DNA of 47,369 nt, from NCBI RefSeq assembly GCF_004010195.1, contig NC_057728.1, forward strand, positions 42,336,469 to 42,383,837. The letters run 5' to 3'. How positions within the stretch are numbered: position 1 is the stretch's first letter; each line of letters opens with the position of its first letter. This DNA is from Chiloscyllium plagiosum (Eukaryota). Positions 1 through 13,555 of this stretch are shown one piece after another. The position numbers were made by a program, and so were the translations under genes. Below the pieces are notes generated by a model. That model saw nothing but the letters and a program-made list of their open reading frames with translations. It made no database searches and was not told the DNA's origin.

Positions 1-425
1 AATCTGCTTTGAAGGTTGTGAGCAATATTCATTTATGAAAGAGAACAAAGTGCATCTAAGTTATTTCATAATACGATTGAGGGTTTTCCAAAAACATGTC
101 AAAACATTTCCCAGTTCCACACTGTCACTAGGGGTGAGAAATTAACAGGGATATTGCTAATAACCATTACAATATACACAGCCACCATTATAAATGTTCT
201 CTGTTCAAACCAGACTTTTTTTTCGCAGAAAGGGTTTCGTAAACTCGAATTTAAAATAGGCAATGTGCCAAGTAAAATACCAAGACAAAACTTTTCAAAG
301 ATAGTACACTTCCAGTCCTCTTAGATGTATTCACTTGTAATTTACTACTGCACACATGCAGACACAGACAGTTCTACAGCACTAGTGGAGGGAAGCAAAA
401 GAGTTCCAATTAGACCGGACATTAC

Positions 426-551
426 CTTCACTATTTGAATGCCCATAGAATCATCATCAGGGTTGCTCCTATCATTGAAAGCAAAACGCATGGTCTTCTC
501 CCAGTCAATTGAGATACTGTGCAAGTACTGATCTGCTAGAGTCAGCCAAAC
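426..551 (-). CDS. TBC1D30: TBC1D30 shared exon, TBC domain
   Basis: Acceptor ctattccctttcAG, donor AAG|GTAATG; 126 nt encoding VWLTLADQYLHSISIDWEKTMRFAFNDRSNPDDDSMGIQIVK. The next exon (expected DLHRTG...) lies outside the window. Confidence 0.95.
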
Positions 552-889
552 CTGAAAGGGAATAGATAGGACAATAAATTACAGTCAGTTAAAACTGATA
601 AAGTTTCAGCAGATGCACTAGAAACACTAGAATATAAACAACTGATCTTTTCATCAGAAAGATGAAGGAGATCACTTATTGTAATGTCCACCTTTGAGTT
701 TTCACAAAAATTATGTTCAATAACCAGCAACATTTAAATAAATTTGATCTTAAACGTGCTTTTCTTAAGTGTGTTAAGTTTATTTTGTTCCTTACATTAA
801 AATAACGGTGAGCTATGGAAATTGGATTTACTGTAAGTGTGGTGTGCCTCTCATTCTCGCTCCATAGAAACAGAATTAACGTATTGTGC

Positions 890-3800
890 CCAATGGCTTT
901 TCCCATTCCTGGGTATACCCTGTCCCATCTTCAAAATAGACCCATCAGAGATGGTAACACAGTGGTATACTATCAGGAAGGAGTCGCCCTTGGGCTCCTC
1001 AACATTGAAGCTGGACTCCATGAAGTTTCATGGCATAAAGTCAAACATTGGCACAGAAATCTCCTGCTGAATACCACTCACCAGCCCATCTCAACTGATG
1101 AATCAGTACTCCTCCATTTTCAATATTGCTTGGAAGCCGCATTGAGGGTGCTAAGTGCACACAATGTACTCTGGGTCAGGGATCTTCAAAGTCTATCACA
1201 AATTGGCTTAGTAACACTACTACTGACCAAGCTGGTTGAGTACTGAATGATATAGTTGCTAGACTGGGTCCCCAGATGGCAATGATGGGGCCAATAAGAA
1301 GGAAACACCTATTTGACCTCATCCTCACTAATCTTACTGTCACAGATGAATGCATTCATGAGGGCATCAGAAAGAGTGAGCACCGTACAAGATCCATCTT
1401 CACATTGAGGATACCATCCATCAGGTTGTGTGGCTCTACCTCTTTGTCAAATGGGGTAGACATTGAAGTTTTAGAAACAAAAACTGGATGTTCAGAAGTG
1501 CTGTGGGCCATCTGCAGCAGACTTATACTCATCCAAAATTTGTAACCTCATAGCCTAGCATGTCTCCTACTCTGCCATTGCAAACAGACCAAGTTATCAA
1601 CCCCTGGTTTACTGCAGGAAGACATGCCGGAGGTCGCACTTAAAAATAAGGTGTCAATGTGGTGAAACTAAAGCACAGGACTAGTTGCATGTGAAAAAGC
1701 AGAAGCAATATGCAATCAATGGAGCTAAGCTATCCACAACCAACGATCAGATCTTAGTGCTGCAGTCCTGCCACGTCCTGTCATGAATGATGGGGTCAAT
1801 TAAACAACAGATAGGAGATGAAGGCTCCACAAATATGACCAATCTCAACAATGGGGGAGCCCAACACATCAGTATGAAAGACAAGGCTAAAGCAGTTGCA
1901 ATGATCTTTTACCAAAAGTGCCAAAATGAATGATCTATCTCAGCTTCCTCCCAAACTTCTCAGCATCACAGAAGCCAATATTCAACCAACTAAATCACTC
2001 CATGTTCTACTACAAAGATTATGGGCCCTGACAAAGTTTCAGCAATAGTATGGAAAGCTCTGCAACTAGCCACATCCTTAGCCAAGCTGTTGCAGTATAA
2101 CTACTATACTGGCAACTCTCCTACGATCCAGAAAATGTCCAAGTTTGTCCCGTGCCGGGAAAACATCTTGGTCAATTTCCATCCTAACTCCTGATCATCA
2201 GCAAAATGATGGAAGGGGCCATTAACAGTGTTATTAAGCTTGCAAAAAAAAACTTGCTTACCCACTCAGTTTGGACTCTGCCAGGGCCATTTAGTACCTG
2301 ACCTTAACTTTGGTTTAAACCTTGACAAAACAGCTGAATGTGAGTTAAGAATCACTGACCTCGTTAACAAAGCAGCTTTGAACTGAATATGGCATCAGGT
2401 ATTTTCTAGCTAAACCCGAGTCATTTGAAATCAAGGGAAAACCTATCTACTGGGTTCCCCATGGTAGGTTCATCCATAAAGTCAGGAAGTATGAGATACA
2501 GGGAAATTTGGCTATCTGGATTCAGAATTGGCTAGCTGACAGAAGGCAGAGAGTGGTTGTAGATGGAAAGTATTCTGCCTGGAGGATAGTGTTGAGTGGG
2601 GTCCTGCAGGGCTCTGTACCTGGGCCTCTGCTCTTTGTAGTTTTTATAAATGACTTGGATGAGGAGGTTAAGGGATGGGTTAGTAAATGTGCGGATGAAA
2701 CAAAGGTTGGAGGTGTCGTCGATAGTATAGAGGGCTACTGCAGGCTGCAGCGTGGCATAGACAGAATGCAGAGCTGGGCTGAGAAATGGCAGATGGAGTT
2801 CAACCTGGATAAATGCGAAGTGATGCATTTTGGAAGGTTGAACTCGATGCTGAATATCGGATTAAAGACAGGATACTTGGTAGTGTGGAGAAACAGAGGG
2901 ATCTGGGTGTGCAAGTACACAGATTCCTCAAAGTTGCCACCCAAGTGGATAGGATTACTAAGAAAGCATATGGTGTTTTGGCTTTCATCAACAGGGGGAT
3001 AGAGTTTAAGAGCCGTGAGGTTTTGCTGCAGCTCTACAAGTCCCTGGTGAGGCCACACTTGGAATATTGTGTCCAGTTCTGGTCGCCCTACTATAGGAAA
3101 GATACAGAGGCTTTGGAGAGGTGCAAAGAAGGTTTGTCAGGATGCTGCCTGGACTGGAGGGCTTGCCTTATGAAGAAAGGTTGAATTGGCTTGGGCTTTT
3201 CTCTCTGGAGAGAAGGAGGAAGAGAGGAGACCTGATACAGGTGTACAAAATAATGAGAGGAATAGATAGAGTCAATAGCCAGAGACTTTTCCTCAGGGCA
3301 AGATTGACTGGTATGAGAAGTCATAGTTTGAAGATATTAGGAGGAAGGTATAAAGCCGCTTGCGATGTCAGACGTATGTTTTTTTTAACAGAGAGTTGTG
3401 AATGCATGGATTGCGTTACCAGCGGTGGTGATGGAAGCAGAGTCATTGGGGACATTTAAGTGACTTCTGGACATGCACATGGATAGCAGTGAGTTGAGGG
3501 GTGCATAGGTTGTTACTATATTTTACATTAGGATTAAATCTCGGCACATTGTGGGCCAAAGGGCCTGCTCTGTGCTGTACTTTTCTATGTTCTATGTTCT
3601 ATGGATGGAGTTATAGCTAGCTCAAAAGGAAGATGGTTGGTGAAGGTTATCTCCACATAAGGATACCTCTGCTGGATTTCCTCATTATAATGACCTAGGC
3701 CCAACAATTTTTAGTTGCTTCATCAATGTCTTTTCCTCTATTACAAGGTCAAAAGTGAGGATGTTCGTGATGACCGCAAAATTTCAGTACAATTCTCAAC

Positions 3801-4470
3801 TCCACAGGTACGAAAGCAGTCCATGCCTGTATGCAGTAGGACCTGGGCAACATCCAGACTGGGCTGGTAAATGGAAATTGACATCTATACCACAAGAGAG
3901 AATGTCTGCATCATCCCTTGCCATTCAATGGCATTACCATTACTGAATCTGCCACTATCAACTTCCTGAGGATTAACCAAGATATTGGTCAGAAACTGAA
4001 CTGTAGCAGCTACATAAACACTGTGGTTACACAAGCAGTCAGAAGCTAGGAATCCTGTTTTGAATAACTCACCTATTGTCTCTCCAATGCTTGTTCACTA
4101 TCTACAAGGCACAAGTCAGGATTGTGATGGAATACTCTCCATTTGTTTTGGCACGTGCAGCTTCAATGATACTCAAATGATTTGACGATGTCCAGGACAA
4201 AGAAGCCGCTTGATTGGCACCCAATTTACCACCTACAACATTCACTCTCTTTACCACCAATGCACAGCAGCAGCAAGTGTCTCACCAAGTGTCTTTCGAC
4301 AGCGTGTTCTAAATCCACAACCTCCACCACCTAGAAGGGCAAGGCAGCAGATACATAGGAATACCACCAGCTGCAATATCACCACCACCTTCTCCATAGA
4401 GGAATTAAAAATGGGTGATAATGTTGGCCTAGCCTGAGATGCCCAAATCACATGAATGAATAAAAATAAA
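890..4470 (+). mobile_element. Decayed non-LTR retrotransposon (CR1/L2-group-like; endonuclease and RT remnants), split by a younger CR1 at 2454-3601
   Basis: The ORF at 815-1246 resembles an AP-endonuclease region. RT-like remnants follow (gggccctgacaa, ttcatcaatg, ttcgtgatgac), then a 3' tail ...gcctagcctgagatgcccaaatcacatgaatgaataaaaataaa. The sequence reads through across the nested insertion. Confidence 0.7.
2454..3601 (+). mobile_element. 5'-truncated CR1-type LINE (HER1-like), RT C-terminal half and 3' UTR
   Basis: WIQNWLADRRQRVVV, SGVLQGSVPGPLLFVVFINDLD, CADETK, LYKSLVRPHLEYCVQFWSP, LGLFSLERRRKRGDLI, broken by frameshifts; ends in a (TTCTATG)n tail. Confidence 0.93.
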
Positions 4471-4494
4471 GTTATGACCTCTACAAGACACATA

Positions 4495-6600
4495 TCTTTG
4501 TGTCATCAGCAAAGTTACAGCACATTCACTCTTCTCATCTAAGTCATTGTAAATTGTAAAAAACTAAGGCCCCTGCACAGACTCCTGCAGGATGTCATAC
4601 ATCACATGCTGTCAATCAGGAAAACACAGATTTATGGATACTCTTGTTTTTTGCCAGCTAGCCAACCTACTATCTATGCTAATTTATGATCCCACACACT
4701 ACAGCTTTTACTTTCTGCAATAGCCTTTTCTGTGACATCTTGTTAAAAGGCTTCTGGAAGTCTAACTACAGTACAACTACACATTCTCCTTCACCAATAG
4801 TACACATTACTCCTTCAAGAACTCCAATAAATTGGTTGAACATGACTTTTCTTTGAGAAAACAATGCTGTCTCTTCACAATCACTTTGGGTATTTTAAGT
4901 TCCCACCAAAACCCCCTTCATAATTGACTCTAACGCCTTCCTATGTAGACCTGAGCCTAACTGGCCTCTAGTTTATTGTTTTCTGTTTTCCTCTCTTCTT
5001 GGTATTTTTGCTACTCTCCACACTAATGGAACTTTTTCCAGATTCTAACAAATAGTAACTTTCTTTAAGACCCCAGGGTGAAGTCGTTTAAGATTTCTTA
5101 GCTCACAGCTCCATCAGTTTGCTCAGTCCCACTTCTGTAGCATTATAATTTCACCAAGTGCGTCTCTTCCTTTCACCTTTGATTAACAGGTATTACTGAA
5201 ATGTTTTTGCATTCAGTATAGTAGGAATAAAAGAATAATATTATTAAATCAATTCACCAATTCTTATTATGTATTATTAACTCCACATTCTTACTCTCTA
5301 GGTGGCCAATGCTCATTTTATGGAATCTTTTCCTTTTTAAATTATCTGTAGAAACTCTTGCTATCCATTTTTACATTCCTACCTTACTTCTGTCCAATCA
5401 TCTGTCTTGTACTCATCTGATCTAATCATCTTTTGTGCGTGAGTATATGGTATTTTTCTTAGGTGTGATGTTTTCTTTAATTCCTTTAGTTAAACATAGA
5501 CGGTAGATTGTCTTTCTCACAGGAATATACCTAATCTGAGTATTCTAAAATATCCTCTTAAATGCCTGCCACTGCCTCTATTAATGTATCCACTAGTCCA
5601 GTACCTCAGTTCACTTCAGGTACCTCAGCTGTCATGCCTACATGGTTGGCCTTACTTAAGTTTAACATACCAGTTTTAGAGTCACGCTTGTCCCTTTCAA
5701 AATGAATGCAAGATGGAATCATATTTTGGTTACTGCTCCTTAGGGATATCTTTATTGAGGCCACTAATGTATTCTGTCATATTACACAATAACATGGATT
5801 TGAAATTCACCAAGGCAGAGGGTGAATTTGAATTATTTAGCATCTGGAAAGAGAAAAATGTAGCCTAATGGTGACCTTGATTATTGCAATGATATGCCTA
5901 TTGTAAAGCTTAATTGAGTCAGTAATGTCCCTTTGAGAAGGAAATCTGCTGTCCCACACGTGACTCCAAAGCAATGGGATTGATTCTTAACTACCCTCTA
6001 GGCATTTCGAGGTAGGCAATGAATGCTGGCCGAGCCAGTGATGCTGACATCTCAGGAGCACATTTTTGAAAATCACCTTATCCCTGGCTAGTTCCAGAAC
6101 GTGGTGATCTAAGAAACTCTGTCAAAAAATTTATGAACTCCTCATCCAGGTTTCTACTGTCAATGCAATTTTTTTGTGTTTATATAATGTTAAAATGACT
6201 CATGACTATTCCCATTCCATTATGACAAGCACCTATTATTTATTTTTGTAACTTCTTCCTGGCATTGTAGTTACTGACAGGGAACCTGTAGACCATCCCT
6301 ATTAGTGAATTATTTCCCTTACTATTCCTCATTTTCTCCCACACTATTTCTACTCCCCGATCTCCTGAGTCAAGGTCATCTCCAACTATTGCACCAAAGC
6401 CATTCTTGAATAACACTGCTACCACTCCACCTTATCCAGCTTCCTATTCTTCCTCAATGTCAAATACCCCTCAATATTCAGGACTCAATCTTTGTCATCA
6501 TGCACCTATAGCTCCATGATGGCTATCAGAGAATATTTATTTCACAGTGCACTATCAATTCATTTACATTGTCGTGTGCACAATCAATTCATTTACATCG
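4495..6600 (-). mobile_element. Old, heavily decayed CR1 LINE fragments
   Basis: Reverse-strand FADD motif at ~4501-4513, other CR1 RT remnants, and an endonuclease-like segment (LIGMVYRFP) at 6240-6425. Boundaries approximate. Confidence 0.6.
5795..6070 (+). mobile_element. SINE-like repeat sharing its 3' tail with the LINE family at 890-4470
   Basis: ...gaaggaaatctgctgtcc...gtgactcca...ggcaatgaatgctggccgagccagtgatgctgacatc; a similar copy lies at ~23150-23520. Confidence 0.5.
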
Positions 6601-7129
6601 TCATGAATGCTATGCCCATTTAGAATGCCTTTAGTTTGTTGTTTTGTTATATTCATTCTATCTAGTTTTGTTGGTGTATCCTTAGATTTATTCTTTTCAA
6701 CAGCACAGGAATGGCAGTTGGGAAATAGGAAATGGGTCTCATAAAGGAAGCATTTTTGATGAAAGTATACTGGACATCATCATCATGACTTCAGGATAGT
6801 GCTAGGAGAAGTATCATCTGGTGTAAAACTGGTTTCCATTTTAGTGTTTGAGCTAAATTAAAACAGCATAAACTAACTCTGTTGTTCACCAATCCTTTGC
6901 TTAATGTATAAACATGTCATACTATTGCTACTCGAAGAATTTTTTTAAAAATCTATTTTCAGAACTGTAAGCCATTGCTTTGAATTGACACTTTTTTTTG
7001 TTGCTCTGAGAGTTTTTCACACTTAGTGACATGTTGTTTCTACATTGTTGCATATTTGATGAAGTAATGTCCTTAAAGTGTAAACCACATTTGACTGTAA
7101 TGATCCTGAATTTGGCAATACAAAATAAA

Positions 7130-7319
7130 TTAGATTAGATTAGATTAGATTAGATTAGATTAGATTAGATTACTTACAGTGTGGAAACAGGCCCTTCGGC
7201 CCAACAAGTCCACACCGCCCCGCCGAAGCGCAACCCACCCATACCCCTACATTTACCCCTTACCTAACACTACGGGCAATTTAGCATGGCCAATTCACCT
7301 GACCTGCACATCTTTGGAC
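7130..7319 (-). mobile_element. HE1/V-SINE 3' part with expanded (TTAGA)n tail
   Basis: (ttaga) about 8 times, then gtggaaacaggcccttcggcccaacaagtccacac...gggcaatttagcatggccaattcacctgacctgcacatctttggac; same family as 37168-37451. Confidence 0.88.
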
Positions 7320-7791
7320 GAAATACTTAATAAAATCAAAATTTAAAAAGAATATGCCAATTTTTAAATTGTTTGTCCAGTTTAATCAGCATATGGTATA
7401 AACAGAGTAAAAGAAAGGCTGCAGGAGTCTTTCATATGCCACTCAGCACTGAGAACTCATTTATAATTGTATTATTCATCATTTATGAATTCTAAAATAA
7501 ATCATTGAATAGCACCTCTATAATAGTCATCTTTGCAAGTTACAAGAAAATCTTTCAAATTTACGGAATATATGTAGTAGACTATTGATCATTATAATTC
7601 TATCTAAACCCTAGATAACTGGGAGGAGGGGTAATCATTGGATTTTTAATCGTCCCAATTAGTCATTTAAGTAAATCTTTTGTAATATGCAGCCTTGAGA
7701 ATTAATCTGACTGCGTACAAATAATTTGTTATTAACAAAGACAGATGAAAAAGGCACATAGACACAACCTCTAGAATCGATAAGCACTTAC

Positions 7792-7857
7792 TCTTTTCCT
7801 CCAATCCTTTGGAATTCCCGTGGGTAACCTAGCAACTGCTTTCAGAGCATCATACCA
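7792..7857 (-). CDS. TBC1D30: TBC1D30 shared exon, start of the TBC (Rab-GAP) domain
   Basis: Not in the ORF track; read by hand. Acceptor ttgatttcAG, donor AGA|GTAAGT; 66 nt encoding WYDALKAVARLPTGIPKDWRKR. Confidence 0.95.
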
Positions 7858-10679
7858 CTGAAATCAAATAATACAAATGAATTAGTTCTGCAAAACAGTT
7901 TCAGGGAAATTTTACATTATAATTTATGACAGAAATGTTGTACTAATTTTGTTGTGAGGTAAAACCAAATGATTTTACAAATTTTTACCTCTGTGGGTGC
8001 AAATATCCCCTCACTGGAAGTGATGAGGGAGGCAGTGAGAAGAGAAAATAATTGGTAAGTTAGTGCAGGAGAGATAGTCACTCCCCTCTAGCTGACACAG
8101 CAATTAAATGCTGGCCGAGAAGAGCCATGGGTGAACCTCTCAATTTAGTGCAAACTAAAGACTTTAAGTGGTCAAATAATGGTCGCTTAAGGGCCTTAAT
8201 CTGCCACTGTCCTGATTATCTGGCTTTCCCAGCAGGTTAGACTGGGAAACATGACAAGCTGTCAATTGGGTTGGTGGCGGGGGTGGGGTCGGGGGTGAGG
8301 GAGAGGGGTTGATGGGTCACTTCTACTTGCTCAATTCTAGATTCAATCGATGGTAAGGATCAGGGGACAAAAGTTGGCTGCTATCACTCCTGTCCTTGAG
8401 CCTGATCTCCATTATAATCCTCTCCAGTGTCTGCCCCCCACTCTGAGAGACCTAAAATAAAAAGAAATTACCTGTCACTACTTAAGACCATGGCAATCCA
8501 GTGACAATCTCCCTCCGATTAGCCAGCAGCTCTGACAGTGCAAGATGTCAGAATCAAGGCTCATCATTTGCCAAGAAATGTCCTTGTCAACTCTTATTGG
8601 CTGATTGGTACTTCATTCAGCAAACTTTCTGGCTGGTGGAGACAGGGTATCAGTCACCCTGAAAATACTCTCTCCCATACAGTATGAGGTGCACCAAGTT
8701 TCAGCCTGTGGTTTTGATATTCTTCACTAGCATAAATGTTTACTATCATGCCACCCTACAGTGTTTGTTGAAGTTGTGATTTGTCAGATATAAGTCTTGC
8801 TGAGCTACTTACAAACAACTTGACCATGCTAGATATAATCTGGTCTACTGAATACTCCCCTGTGCACTTTTCCATCTGGAGATAACTTGGCAGTCCATTG
8901 ACTTTAGCTAATTTTCACCTTCCTAGTCGATGGTAACTGTAGCAATTTCACTGCTCTCCTGGGAGTAGAGCAGCTAACTCAAAATAGACTATTCCACGTT
9001 TCTGGTTTCTTGCTCAATGGCTCATGGGTGGCACTTAAACATAATAAGGATTGGGCAATATTTTATTGAAGAACAGCAAAACTCAAGTATTGTTAAAAGA
9101 CAGCAGTATTTCCATTTCATTCAGAATTATTTTGATTGTCTCAGAACAGGTGGCGAGCAGAAGCTCTTTTGATAACCATTTGGAATTTAAAACTTGTGAA
9201 ACATAAAATGCTCTGTTGCATGGTTGAGCTGCACTTTATGAGGTGCTTAAGTCTCTGACTACTTCCCCATCACCAGCTGCAGTAGTTTGTCAAGCTGAAG
9301 AAAGGTTGTTAATTGACTGGCAGCAGGAATTCTGACCTTCAGGGACAGAAAAGCCAACCTTAGTGAACTGCCAAGTGCTACTGGGTCAGTGGACATTGCT
9401 TGTTGTGCACTAAAGATTAAACTGCCACATTGCTTAAGGGGAAGGTTGGTTCCCAGGTACCTGCTGTCCTTGCCTCAGTAGGTGGGGAAGATCAGAGGTT
9501 TGGAATGTGCTGCCAAAAGAAGACACAGTTAGTAGCTGCAGCACATCCATTAGGGATTCAGCTAGTGAATAACCTGCTACTGCAATACAATGAACGTGAG
9601 GAGCCAAACCATTTATATAACTGCCCCAGTTTGAGCTTCTAATGAATGCAATTGAACACAAGGGAAGTCACCTGATTGGGCATAGTGTATAATCCCTCAT
9701 GAAACAACCAAATTTATGTTGTGTTTGAGCAGAGAACCAGTTTTTTTTAAAAAGTAGCCAACGTTTGAGATATAAGGTACTAAGATAATAAAGACAAAAG
9801 ATTCCATGGTTTTTGAATCAAGGAAGTAAACGTTACTAAATGCCATTAAAATAACAAACAAACTACAAAATATGTACTTAATTCATACCTCAACATCCAG
9901 AATGAACATAAGGTAGATACTGGTCATGGACAAACTGTAGTCAAAAACCCCAAAGAGCGTGTCTAGTAGCAAGTGTGAAGACAGTGCCCACAGCTTTCTC
10001 AGCAACCCATGGTCAGCCACACTACTCCCAGGTGCTGCCAGATCTGCTAAGTTTCTCCAGCAATTTTAGTTTGTTTCAAATCTCCAGTGTCTCAGCTCTT
10101 GTATTGGTTTGGTTTTACTCTGACTGCTTTAAAAACTGACTGCACTGTGACCCTTGACTGTTTTGGATGATGTGTGGAAATGCTTGAAACAAGCTGCACT
10201 CCCCTTCCTATGCATGAACAGATATAGTAACCATTGGATTATAATATTTCCTGAACTCTCCAGTACAATTCTCCAGCTAACTTCCTCTCCACTGCAGCCA
10301 GCTCAGAACATAAAGGAACAATGAAAAATGAATTTCATCATAATGATCATCATCTAGCATTTATATGGCATGAATGTTACTTGGCACATGTGGAAACATA
10401 GAAACACAGAGAATAGAAGCCGGATTAGGCCAATCAGCCCATTGAACCTGCTCTGCCAATCAATATTTTCGTGGTTGATTCTTAGTCATAATAACAACTC
10501 CCTCTCTCTCCCCTCCCCATACCTTTCGACACCCTTAGCTTCTCAAAATTTAACTATTCTTTTCTCAAATATAATTCTATTAGTTTCTCTCCACAGCTTC
10601 CAGTGGTGTCGAATCCTTCTGGTTTATCACTTTCTCACTGAAGAAAGTTCTCTTCACCTTAGAACAAAATGACCTACAG

Positions 10680-13555
10680 TGGATGTAGATTTGCTCGCTG
10701 AGCTGGAAGGTTCATTTTCAGACGTTTCATCACCATACTAGGTAAATCTTCAGTGAGCGGCCGGATGAAGCACTGGTGGTGTAGCCTGCTTTCTATTTAC
10801 CTGTATATGTTTGGGTTTCCTTGGGTTGGTGATTTCATTTCCTGTGGTGACGTTATTTTCTGCAGTGATATCATTTCCAGTTCTTTTTCTCAGGGCGTGG
10901 TAAATGGGATCCAAGTCAATGTGTTTGTTGATACAGTTCCGGTTGGAATGCCGTGCTTCTAGGAATTCTCATTTGGCTTGTCCTAGGATGGATGTGTTGT
11001 CCCAGTCGAAGTGGTGTCCTTCCTCATCTGTATGTAAGGATACTACTAAGGGTAGGTCATGTCTTTTTGTGGCTATTTGATGTTCATGTAGTCTGGTGGC
11101 TAGTTTTCTGCCTGTTTGTCCAATGTAGTGTTTATTACAGTTCTTGTAAATGACATTAGTTTTTCTTGTTGTCTGTATTAGGTCTTTCAAGTTCATTAGC
11201 TGCTGTTTTCGAGTGTTGGTGCATTTGTGGGCTACCATGATGCCAAGGGGTCTGAGTAGTCTGGCAGTCATTTCGGGGATGTCTTTGATGTAGGGGAGAG
11301 TGGCTGGGGTTTCTGGAAGTGTTTTGTCTGCTTGTTTGTGTTTGTTGCTGAGAAATCAGTGGACTGTGTTCATTGGGGATGTGTTCCTTTCGAATATATT
11401 GTCTAGGTGATTTTCCTCTGCTCTGCATTAGTTCCTCTGTGCTGCAGTGTGTGGTGGCTCATTGAAATAATGTTCTAATACAGCTTCATTTGTGGATGTT
11501 GGGATAATATCTTGTGTAGTTCAATATTTTGTCCGTATGTGTTGTTTTCCTGTAGACGCTGGTTTGAAGTTCCCCATTGGCTGTTCACTCTACTGCAACA
11601 TCTAGGAATGGCGGTTTATTGTTGTTTTCCTCCTCTTTAGTGAATTTTATGCCAGTAAGGGTATTGTTGATGGTCTTGAATGTTTCCTCTAATTTGTTTC
11701 GTTTAGTGATGACAAAAGTGTCATCCACATAGTGGAACCAAAGTTTGGGTTTGATGGTTGGCAGAGCTGTTTGTTCGAGTCTCTGCATTACTGCCTCTGC
11801 TAAGAGCCCTGATATCAGAGATCCCATAGGTGTTCTGTTGGTTTGTCTGTCGGTTTTGTTGTTGAAGGTAAAATGGGTGGTAATGTATAAGTCCATTAGC
11901 TTAATGATACTGTCCTTGCTGATGACGTTTGTGGTGTTTGGTGTATGTGTCTTTGGTTCTTCTAATAGTGTAGTCAATGTTTCCATGGCCAGGTGGATGT
12001 TGATGGATGTGAACAGGGCTGTTAAATCAAAAGAGACCATAATTTCATCCTCTTCTATCTTGGTGTGTTTGATGGTCTTTAGGAATTCTGGGTTCAGTGG
12101 ATGGAGTGGTGTAAGTCTTCTACTAAATGTTTTAGCCTTTGATGTAGCTCCTTGGCCAATCTGTAAGTTGGTGCTCCAGGTAGTGAGACTATGAGTCTGA
12201 GAGGGGCTCCTATTTTGTGAATTTTGGGTAATCTGTAGAAGCGTGGTGTTTGGAATCCGTCTGATTTCATTTTTTGGAAGTCGGTCTTACTTAATTCTCC
12301 AGATTTCTGATTTTTTTGTGTGGGGCTGGAACACCTTCAACAACAAAACCGACAGACAAACCAACGGAACACCCATGGGATCTCTGATATCAGGGTTCTT
12401 AGCAGAGGCAGTAATACAGAAACTAAAAAAAACAGCCCTGCCAACCATCCAACCCAAACTTTGGTTCTGCTACATGGATGACACCTTTGTCATCACCAAA
12501 CGAATCAAATTAGAGGAAACATTCAAGACCATCAACAATACCCTTACTGGCATAAAATTCACAAGAGGAAGAAAATGACAACAACCTGCCATTCCTAGAT
12601 GTTGCAGTTGAGCGAACAGTCAATGGGGAACTTCAAACCAGAAACTACAGAAAAACAACACATACGGACCAAATACTGAACTACTCAAGATATTATCCCA
12701 ACATCCACAAATGAAGCTGCATTAGAACATTATTTCAATGAGCCACCACACACTGCAGCACAGAGAAACTATGCAGAGCAGAGGTAAATCACCTAGACAA
12801 TGTATTCAAAAAGAACACGTCCCCAATGAACACAGTCCACTGATTTCTCAGCAACAAACACAAACAAGCAGACAAAACGCGTTCAGAAACCCCAGCCACT
12901 CTCCCCTACATCAAAGACATCTCCGAAATGACTGCCAGACTACTCAGACCCCTTGGCATCATGGTAGCCCACAAATGCACCAACACTCGTAAACAGCTAA
13001 TAAACTTGAAAGACCCTACACAGACAGCAAGAAAAACTAATGTCATTTACAAAATACCTTGCAAGAACTGTAATAAACACTACATTGGACAAACAGGCAG
13101 AAAACTAGCCACCAGACTACATGAACATCAACTAGCTACAGAACGACATGACCCTCTCTCACTAGTATCCTTACATACAGAGAAGGAAGGGCACCACTTT
13201 GACTGGGACAACACATCCATCCTAGGACACGCCAAACAGAGACACACACAAGAATTCCTAGAAGCATAGCATTCCAACCGGAACTCAATCAACAAACACA
13301 TTGACTTGGATCCCATTTACCACCCCCTGAGAAAAGAACAGGGAATGCCATCACCACAGGAAATAACATCACCAACCCAAGGAAACCCAAACATATAAAT
13401 AGAAAGCGGGCTATACCACCAGTACTTCATCCGGAGGCTCACTGAAGATATTACCTAGTATGGTGACAAAACATCTGAAAATGAACTTTCCAGCTCAGTG
13501 AGCAAATCTACACTCAGAACCTCAACCTGAGCTACAAATCTTCTCAAAACTTGTT
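10680..13555. mobile_element. Penelope-like element (RT plus C-terminal GIY-YIG endonuclease; Penelope/Poseidon type) as an inverted pair: minus copy 10680-~12320, plus copy ~12331-13555
   Basis: RT motifs VSFDLTALFTSI, GTPMGSLISG and YVDDTF; GIY-YIG motif NVIYKIPCKNCNKHYIGQTGRKLATRLHEH. Arms 10680-11870 and 12331-13513 are reverse complements. 11-bp TSD ATGACCTACAG at 10669-10679 and 13556-13566. Confidence 0.93.
10721..10753 (-). ncRNA. Minimal hammerhead-ribozyme-like motif in the PLE terminal repeat
   Basis: Minus strand reads tca-CTGAAGA-tttacc tagtat ggtgat-GAAAC-GTC-tga. The counterpart at 13442-13475 (+) has lost GAAAC. Confidence 0.55.

Noticed and set aside
7130..7172. (TTAGA)n as an interstitial telomere
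   Set aside because: It is not TTAGGG; it is the expanded tail of the adjacent HE1 SINE and recurs at 37168.
8850..9030. Possible LF-SINE-like ancient repeat
   Set aside because: The resemblance is too faint to support without an alignment.
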